Shown here: positions 48,348 through 64,000 of the stretch, piece after piece | Layout: each line of letters starts with the position of its first letter | How positions within the stretch are numbered: the first letter of the stretch is position 1 | From: Macrostomum lignano | Lineage: Eukaryota | Length of the DNA: 64,000 nucleotides | NCBI GenBank assembly: GCA_002269645.1 | Contig: NIVC01003015.1 | Coordinates: forward strand, 61,257-125,256 | Direction: 5' to 3' | Position numbers and translations under genes: made by a program | The notes under the pieces: model-generated | Told to the model about the DNA's origin: nothing | What the model saw: the letters and a program-made list of their open reading frames with translations, nothing else | The model's database searches: none

Positions 48348-49087
48348 GGATGGGGCGGAATCTGAGATTTTGAGGAACATCCGTCTAATTAGAGGGAAAA
48401 GGAAGGCACAGGCTGGTGTAGATGAGACGAGAGAAGAAAGAATTCCAACGAGTGCGGTCTTCTATTTGAGCGTCTTTGCTGAGTAATTAAAGATTAATTT
48501 GTCAAGCTTTGAAGAGTTAATTAGTGCTTGGCCTCAGATGCGCGCATGCACGGAAGCGCTTTGACGATTTTCTGAGCAAGAATGAAAATATTTTGAAGCA
48601 ATCGAGTGAGCAATAAAGTCGCTTCAACTTCAGCTCGAGGCTGTATACTTGAAAGTCGTGCAAATTTCGACAAAAACGGAAGTTTTCCGCATATTTCTGG
48701 GATTCCGAATTTAAACTGAAGACATCGTCTTAGAACGAGTCTAGCAATTAGAAAGTACATAAGGTGTGAAAAACTTGATTCATTAGTTACGAGAGTTTTT
48801 TTAAAACACTTCAAAATTTCCATCTAGCTAATGCATTTTAAAGCGAAAAACCTGGCTGCAATGTCAGCTGTACGTGGTCTGCAAGTGTTATAGTTATATT
48901 TTACTACAGCATTCATGCTTAGATTAGAATGCTCCTACATTCATGCCCTGCTGGCTCAGCGGGGAGTCTTTTGGGAGTTAAATTCTGCAGCTAACTCATA
49001 TACGACATGATATACAGATAACTGTGTTCATCAATTTTGCAATTTTCCATCAAGATACGCATTGCCAAGGGGCTCGGCGGGACTTCT

Positions 49088-50335
49088 GAAAGAGCTACTA
49101 GTAGTGACTTCACACAGGCTACTAGTAGTGACTTCACAGAGGCTACCAGGAGTGACTTCACACAGGCTACTAGTAGTGACTTCACACAGGCTACTAGTAG
49201 TGACTTCACAGAGGCTACCAGGAGTGACTTCACACAGGCTACTAGTAGTGACTTCACACAGGCTACCAGGAGTGACTTCACACAGGCTATCAGTAGTGAC
49301 TTCACACAGGCTACTTGTAGTGACTTCACACAGGCTACTAGTAGTGACTTCACACAGGCTACTAGTAGTGACTTCACACAGGCTACCAGTAGTGACTTCA
49401 CACAGGCTACTAGTTGTGACTTCACACAGGCTACTAGTTGTGACTTCACACAGGCTACTAGTAGTGACTTCACACAGGCTATCAGTAGTGACTTCACACA
49501 GGCTATCAGTAGTGACTTCACACAGGCTATCAGTAGTGACTTCACACAGGCTATCAGTAGTGAATTCACACAGGCTACCAGGAGTGACTTCACACAGGCT
49601 ACTAGTTGTGACTTCACACAGGCTACTAGTTGTGACTTCACACAGGCTACTAGTTGTGACTTCACACAGGCTACTAGTTGTGACTTCACACAGGCTACTA
49701 GTTGTGACTTCACACAGGCTATCAGTAGTGACTTCACACAGGCTATCAGTAGTGACTTCACACAGGCTATCAGTAGTGACTTCACACAGGCTATCAGTAG
49801 TGACTTCACACAGGCTACCAGTAGTGACTTCACACAGGCTACTAGTTGTGACTTCACACAGGCTACTAGTTGTGACTTCACACAGGCTACTAGTTGTGAC
49901 TTCACACAGGCTACTAGTTGTGACTTCACACAGGCTATCAGTAGTGACTTCACACAGGCTATCAGTAGTGACTTCACACAGGCTATCAGTAGTGACTTCA
50001 CACAGGCTATCAGTAGTGACTTCACACAGGCTACCAGTAGTGACTTCACACAGGCTACTAGTTGTGACTTCACACAGGCTACTAGTTGTGACTTCACACA
50101 GGCTACTAGTTGTGACTTCACACAGGCTACTAGTTGTGACTTCACACAGGCTACTAGTTGTGACTTCACACAGGCTATCAGTAGTGACTTAACACAGGCT
50201 ATCAGTAGTGACTTCACACAGGCTATCAGTAGTGACTTAACACAGGCTATCAGTAGTGACTTCACACAGGCTACCAGTAGTGACTTCACACAGGCTACTA
50301 GTTGTGACTTCACACAGGCTACCAGTAGTGACTTC
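49088..50335. repeat. 24-bp minisatellite (~52 units) upstream of the IL-17-like gene
   Basis: Unit gtagtgacttcacacaggctacta; explains ORFs 48991..50313, 49037..50347 and 49062..50192. Confidence 0.93.
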
Positions 50336-50745
50336 GCAAGAAAATAAATAAAACATCTTTAAAAATAAGAAACTTATGTAGGAAACAACTGTAAGAAGAC
50401 AGTTTGTCTTTATAAGAAAGAATGAGATGAGACTCTTTAAAAACAATATTTTAGTGACATTGGACTTGCGCTTCCAAAGCAGTCATTTATGGTGCAAACT
50501 ACACAAATTTTTTGTTTACATTCACTTCCTGTTTAGTTGCTAAATTGGGAACTCCTACAGCTTGGCTTAGCAAACAGATTTGTTTAACCACTTCAATATC
50601 TGTCTCCTAGCTTTACTGATAACAGTTATTTATTGATGTTTAAGTTTTCCTTCCATAAAAAAGTTCGATAGCATAAAAAGCTCGAAAAAAGCTCTCCGCC
50701 CTGCTCATCGGTTGAAGATTTTGATGCCACTTTGGAGGAAACTTG

Positions 50746-52458
50746 ATGAAATCGGAAGAGCGGTCGGTGATAAAAGCAGGTGAGTCACTGCAATGATACT
50801 TGGTGAGTGGATTTGGTGTTTTTTTAAGCTCTAACGTATTCACGACTCAAACAGGTGTATTCACGACTCAAACAGGTGTATTCACGACTCAAACAGGTGT
50901 ATTCACGACTCAAACAGTTGTATTCACGACTCAAACAGGTGTATTCACGACTCAAACAGGTGTATTAATGACTCAAACAGAACAGGTGTATTCATGACTC
51001 AAAACAGGTGTATTCACGACTCAAACAGGTGTGTTAATGACTCAAAACAGGTGTATCCATGACTCAAAACAGGTGTATTCACGACTCAAAACAGGTGTAT
51101 TAATGACTCAAACAGGTGTATTAATGACTTAAACAGGTGAAATAATGACTCTAACAGGTGAGTTAATGACTCAAACAGGTGTATTATTGACTCAAACAGA
51201 ACAGGTGTATTCACGACTCAAACAGGTGTATTAATGACTCAAACAGAACAGGTGTATTCATGACTCAAACAGAACAGGTGTATTCATGACTCAAACAGAA
51301 CAGGTGTATTCATGACTCAAACAGAACAGGTGTATTCATGACTCAAACAGAACAGGTGTATTCATGACTCAAACAGAACAGGTGTATTCACGACTCAAAC
51401 AGGTGTATTAATGACTCAAACAGAACAGGTGTATTCATGACTCAAACAGAACAGGTGTATTCATGACTCAAAACAGGTGTATTCACGACTCAAACAGGTG
51501 TATTAATGACTCAAAACAGGTGTATCCATGACTCAAAACAGGTGTATTCACGACTCAAAACAGGTGAATTAATGTCTCAAACAGGTGAATTAATGACTAA
51601 AACAGGTGTATTAATGACTCAAACAGGTGAATTAATGACTCAAAACAGGTGAATTAATGTCTCAAAACATGTGTATTCACGACTCAAACAGGTGAGTTAA
51701 TGACTCAAACAGGTGAATTAATGACTCAAACAGGTGAATTAATGACTCAAACAGGTGAATTAATGACTCAAAAAGGTGAATTAATGACTCAAACAGGTGA
51801 ATTAATGACTCAAACAGGTGAATTAATGACTCAAACAGGTGTATTAATGACTCAAACAGGTATTTACTGTCTGTAACACTAATTAGGTCGGCCTCCCAGT
51901 CTAAAAATAGAGAGAAGTAGTTAATTAAGACCCCTGATTGCATTATCTATAATTAAACCCGCCAGCCTAAGCCTTATAACTACATGTAATTCCGACAAAC
52001 TTTCAGGCAGCAGAGCGCTGCTCCGTCTTCAACTGCTGCTAATCATCTGCGGCAGGATAGCAACTGCTCACTCGGTCACCGAGGACTTGCGCGAGGTTTG
52101 CGTCGGGGCCGAACTGTTGGGAAAGTTTCCTGACCCAACACGGGAGCCGCTATTGAACACGAACCAATCCTACAAAGTCCACGACTCCATAATTGGGCAA
52201 CCCGTCTGCTCATTTGAGCAGCAAGAAGACTACGATCCAAGGCGGATACCAACAAGGATTTTGCACGTGAAGTGCGCCAGTTCGGATGCGCTGTTGCCAG
52301 GCCGGTGCCTGACTCAAACTGTTCGAGTTCCGGTGCTGAACTCGGTGCATCGGACGGTTAGTTGGGTTGACGACTCGGATGCTAAGCTGCTGGTCTATAA
52401 AAAGGCCTACATTGATTGGGCCATAGACTGCGCCTTTGTCAGCAACTCCAATTGCTGA
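50746..52458 (+). CDS. IL-17-like secreted cystine-knot cytokine, 2 exons: 50746-50779, 52007-52458 (161 aa)
   Basis: Exon 1 MKSEERSVIKAG (phase 1, GTGAGT) joins ctttcAG (phase 1) to give signal peptide ALLRLQLLLIICGRIATA. Core PVCSF...DYDPRRIPTRILHVKC...C...VRVPVL...WAIDCAFV matches the IL-17 signature DxNRxPxxIxxAxC...C...VxVL...CxC. Confidence 0.75.
50835..51865. repeat. 21/22-bp minisatellite filling the IL-17-like intron
   Basis: Units ttcacgactcaaacaggtgta and ttaatgactcaaacaggtgaa. Confidence 0.92.
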
Positions 52459-52794
52459 GAGAGGCAAACTACGGGTCTGCGATCTGGTTTGACCTTCAAA
52501 TACACACCAGTTCAGTCTGCTATTCGACATCTTTTGAAATGAAAAATAGCAATTCGCTGGACTTCATTTTTTCTGTTTTTTTCTAATACGGAAATATAAA
52601 TATTGTAATAGAAATTAGAAAATGTGGATTAGGGATAAGACATATAGTGTGAGATTAGATTAGAGATTACTCGTAGAGAACGCATGCGGGACTTAAGCAG
52701 TGAGTAGAGATAAAATTAGATATGAGAGAGAGGCGAGAGATGAGAGAATGAGATTAGAGGGATGCCATTAGAATGAGGTTAGAGACCTCGCGGG

Positions 52795-53075
52795 ATTTTA
52801 GATTTGGTGTGTGAGAGTAGAGGTGAGAGTGAGATTTTAGATTTGGTGTGTGAGATTAGAGGTGAGAGTGGGATTTTAGATTTGGTGTGTGAGAGTAGAG
52901 GTGAGAGTGAGATTTTAGATTTGGTGTGTGAGATTAGAGGTGAGAGTGGGATTTCAGATTTGGTGTGTGAGATTAGAGGTGAGAGTGAGATTTTAGATTT
53001 GGTGTGTGATATTAGAGGTGAGAGTGAGATTTTAGATTTGGTGTGTGAAATTAGAGGTGAGAGTGAGATTTTATG
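52795..53075. repeat. 39-bp minisatellite
   Basis: Unit gattttagatttggtgtgtgagattagaggtgagagtga. Confidence 0.9.
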
Positions 53076-53627
53076 AGTATTGGTGTCAGATTAGTGCACA
53101 AGCATTAAAAAAGTTGTGCGCTTAATTTTATTTTGAAAAACAGAAAATCGTATTTTCCAAACATACTACTAGTAGTGGGAATAATCATATTTTATAAAAC
53201 CGCCGCCCACTTCCCGTGAAGTGATATTACATCAAAGGCCGAGAGAATCAGACACGAATGTCCATGGAAATTTTTTCTTTATCCCAGAATTTTTCTAACG
53301 ATTCTCTCCCGCCGTCACTGCCCACCTCTAATCTGCTATAATGACTGTTCAGCTGGAGCTTTGCTGCAGACTTGAATTCTCTTGACAGCCCGGATGCAGG
53401 ATGAAGGTGCTTAGCGAACCTTTGCACCTCCGTCCTCTACTTGTGCAACATTTTTGTGGTTGGTGCAAGGCTGAATGCAATTATCCTCTGTTTGGTAATA
53501 AGGAGAGGGGCCTTACCTGTCTGCCTCAACCCCCACCCACTCCCGAGGTTCTTGTTCGGTGCGCTCGCGGAGTTCTTAATATATTTGCACCTGGAGTGCA
53601 GAATGGAGTGCCATGGCTTGCTTTGAA

Positions 53628-54388
<761 letters not shown>

Positions 54389-55011
54389 CTTGAATCTCCA
54401 TTCACCTTTAATTAACGATTCCCCTGTTTCCACTCCAGGATCGCTAATCTAGCACTCCATCACCAGCCCCTTTTCTATCCGAAGCCTCCCACCCACCGAG
54501 TCAGTTTTTCTCCCTGGCCCAGCCTCCCAACGCCATCCTTAGACTAAGCTAATGATGAGTCAGCAGCCGCCCACTCTGACATGGGGAATTTGCCCTGCTG
54601 ATCCCCTGCCTCCGCCAGCAGGATGCGTTTCGCTTTCTGCGCATACAGTGCGGTGCGTGCGGCCAGTTATTGCCCTGATCCCGACAGGACCTGGCGAAAC
54701 AGACTGGACCAGCTGTTCGGGGGCGTTCGGTGCCCAGCTGAGAGGAGAGAGAAAGGGCTGGCAGAAACTAGAAAGTGGAATAACGCATATCCTACCCTTC
54801 TGCTTCTTTGTGTGTAACCTGTGCAAATTTGTATCCTTCGCAGGCAACAATACCCTTGCTTCAAAGGCGCTGGCAGCCTGAGGCTTTTGGGGAAAATTCC
54901 AACAAGTCAGACAGACTCTGATTAGTGAGGAACCACTAGCATTAACTTGACCCAGGTTTTGCGCCAATTTGAATTTTCAAAGAAATTTCATTGCTGTTAA
55001 ACAATTACTAA

Positions 55012-55876
55012 CCAGGAGCTTTAGCACCAGGGGCTTTAGCACCAGGGGCTTTAGCACCAGGGGCTTTAGCACCAGGGGCGCCAGCACCAGGGGCTTTAGC
55101 ACCAGGGGCTTTAGCACCAGGGGCTTTAGCACCAGGGGCTTTAGCACCAGGGGCGCCAGCACCAGGGGCGCCAGCACCAGGGGCTTTAGCACCAGGGGCG
55201 CCAGCACCAGGGGCGCCAGCACCAGGGGCGCCAGCACCAGGGGCTTTAGCACCAGGGGCGCCAGCACCAGGGGCTTTAGCACCAGGGGCGCCAGCACCAG
55301 GGGCGCCAGCACCAGGGGCGCCAGCACCAGGGGCGCCAGCACCAGGGGCGCCAGCACCAGGGGCGCCAGCACCAGGGGCGCCAGCACCAGGGGCGCCAGC
55401 ACCAGGGGCGCCAGCACCAGGGGCGCCAGCACCAGGGGCGCCAGCACCAGGGGCGCCAGCACCAGGGGCGCCAGCACCAGGGGCGCCAGCACCAGGGGCG
55501 CCAGCACCAGGGGCGCCAGCACCAGGGGCGCCAGCACCAGGGGCGCCAGCACCAGGGGCGCCAGCACCAGGGGCGCCAGCACCAGGGGCGCCAGCACCAG
55601 GGGCGCCAGCACCAGGGGCGCCAGCACCAGGGGCGCCAGCACCAGGGGCGCCAGCACCAGGGGCGCCAGCACCAGGGGCGCCAGCACCAGGGGCGCCAGC
55701 ACCAGGGGCGCCAGCACCAGGGGCGCCAGCACCAGGGGCGCCAGCACCAGGGGCGCCAGCACCAGGGCGCCAGCACCAGGGGCGCCAGCACCAGGGGCGC
55801 CAGCACCAGGGGCGCCAGCACCAGGGGCGCCAGCACCAGGGGCGCCAGCACCAGGGGCGCCAGCACCAGGGGCGCC
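55012..55876. repeat. 15-bp GC-rich minisatellite
   Basis: Unit gcaccaggggcgcca (left variants gcaccaggggcttta); a 1-nt deletion near 55765 shifts the register. Confidence 0.95.
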
Positions 55877-56185
55877 AATCAATCCAGATGCTAATTTTTA
55901 AAAATCCATAAAGGAGTTTCCTACACCCCAAGCCTCTTCCTAAAGTTGTTCGTTCCCTTCAGTTTTGGCTCCCGAACTGCCACCCCAAAACCTGCAAACC
56001 AATGAGATTTAAGGCAGCCTGTCAAGCATGCTGTAATCTGCCCCCCAGCCAGTTTGCAGCCTCTCACCACCACAGAAAAAGCCAGGATGGGCGGCTCCTC
56101 CCCACTCTAATCATCCGTTCGAACTGCCGCATTTTGTTGCAAAAGAGAGAAATCAGCAACAGCTGAAACACCTGCGGCTGGTCGG

Positions 56186-63135
<6,950 letters not shown>

Positions 63136-63139
63136 GTGA

Positions 63140-63690
63140 GATTCCTGAGGTCGAAGCAGTCAGTCATGAGAATCCTGAGATCGAAGCAGTCAGACATGAG
63201 AATCCTGAGATCGAAGCAGTCAGTCATGAGAATCCGAGATCAAAGCAGTCAGTCATGAGAATCCGAGATCAAAGCATTCAGTCATGAGAATCCCGAGATC
63301 AAAGCATTCAGTCATGAGAATCCCGAGATCAAAGCAGTCAGTCATGAGAATCCTGAGATCGTAGCAGTCAGTCATGAGAATCCCAATATCAAAGCAGTCA
63401 GTCATGAGAATCCCAATATCAAAGCAGTCAGTCATGAGAATCCTGAGATCGAAGCAGTCAGTCATGAGATTCCTGAGGTCGAAGCAGTCAGTCATGAGAA
63501 TCCTGAGATCGAAGCAGTCAGTCATGAGAATCCCGAGATCAAAGCATTCAGTCTTGAGAATCCGAGATCAAAGCATTCAGTCATGAGAATCCTGAGATCG
63601 AAGCAGTCAGTCATGAGAATCATGAGATCGAAGCAGTCAGTCATGAGAATCCCAAGATCGAAGCAGTCAGTCATGAGAATCATGAGATAA
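63140..63690. repeat. 30-bp minisatellite (hemicentin intron 8)
   Basis: Unit gagaatcctgagatcgaagcagtcagtcat, starting right after the donor at 63136. Confidence 0.9.
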
Positions 63691-64000
63691 TGGGTGATCA
63701 GTTATGAGAATCTACAGACAACTCAAACAACGAGGAGAGGCAGTCAGAAGTGACCAAGACTTGTAATGGTTGGCCATGAGAAGTCGGCCGAAAATCCCAA
63801 GAGTCACTTCTAGAGCAGAAATAGTTTCCGACAGTGAAAGCTTGCCAGAATTGATCATCTGGCTTTATTTCTTCCCCAGCAACACAAGCGAACTCGATTG
63901 TTAATCAGTCTAGCTAAGATGCACTTCAGATTCCATTATTAACTTGACACTGCTCGGATCAATTCTTGAAGCACTGGAAATTTTTTGCAGTAGTCTGATG

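Noticed and set aside
50546-50556. kappaB-like GGGAACTCC upstream of the IL-17-like gene
   Set aside because: A single 9-bp partial match is expected by chance, and NF-kB presence in this organism is not established here.
52210-52530. Minus-strand 106-aa ORF overlapping the IL-17-like exon
   Set aside because: Antisense shadow of a GC-rich coding exon with no independent signal; the same applies to shadows over ICMT, GLCE, CCDC18-like and ATF4.

Overview
Eukaryotic (metazoan) genomic DNA, not microbial. GC-rich, Ala-rich exons are separated by introns filled with minisatellites. About 38 tandem arrays cover roughly 24 kb (~38%, summed by eye). This architecture resembles the free-living flatworm Macrostomum (inference only). 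Most long ORFs in the supplied track are repeat artefacts. Reconstructing GT-AG exon chains by hand gives these genes. Minus strand: ICMT, a beta-class carbonic anhydrase and an orphan poly-Q ORF. Plus strand: EXOSC1/CSL4, an orphan single-pass membrane protein, a 9-exon CCDC18-like coiled-coil gene, an ATF4-like bZIP, heparan sulfate glucuronyl C5-epimerase (GLCE), syntaxin-17, an IL-17-like cytokine and the 5' part of hemicentin, which carries several 1-nt frameshifts. Mobile DNA: an intact DD34D mariner with TIRs and a TA TSD, a long-TIR Tc1-like deletion derivative, five copies of a tRNA-derived SINE sharing a covarying hairpin, a CORE-SINE fragment and a small MITE. Best leads: (1) a complete mammal-like uORF1/uORF2 translational switch on ATF4; (2) an IL-17-like gene missed by the ORF track, whose only intron is an array of AP-1/E-box sites and whose upstream region is an array of CRE-like sites; (3) array-filled introns that extend into UTRs and may link ATF4-GLCE-STX17 into a polycistronic unit; (4) a structured SINE core. 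All exon boundaries and counts were read manually; no searches were run.
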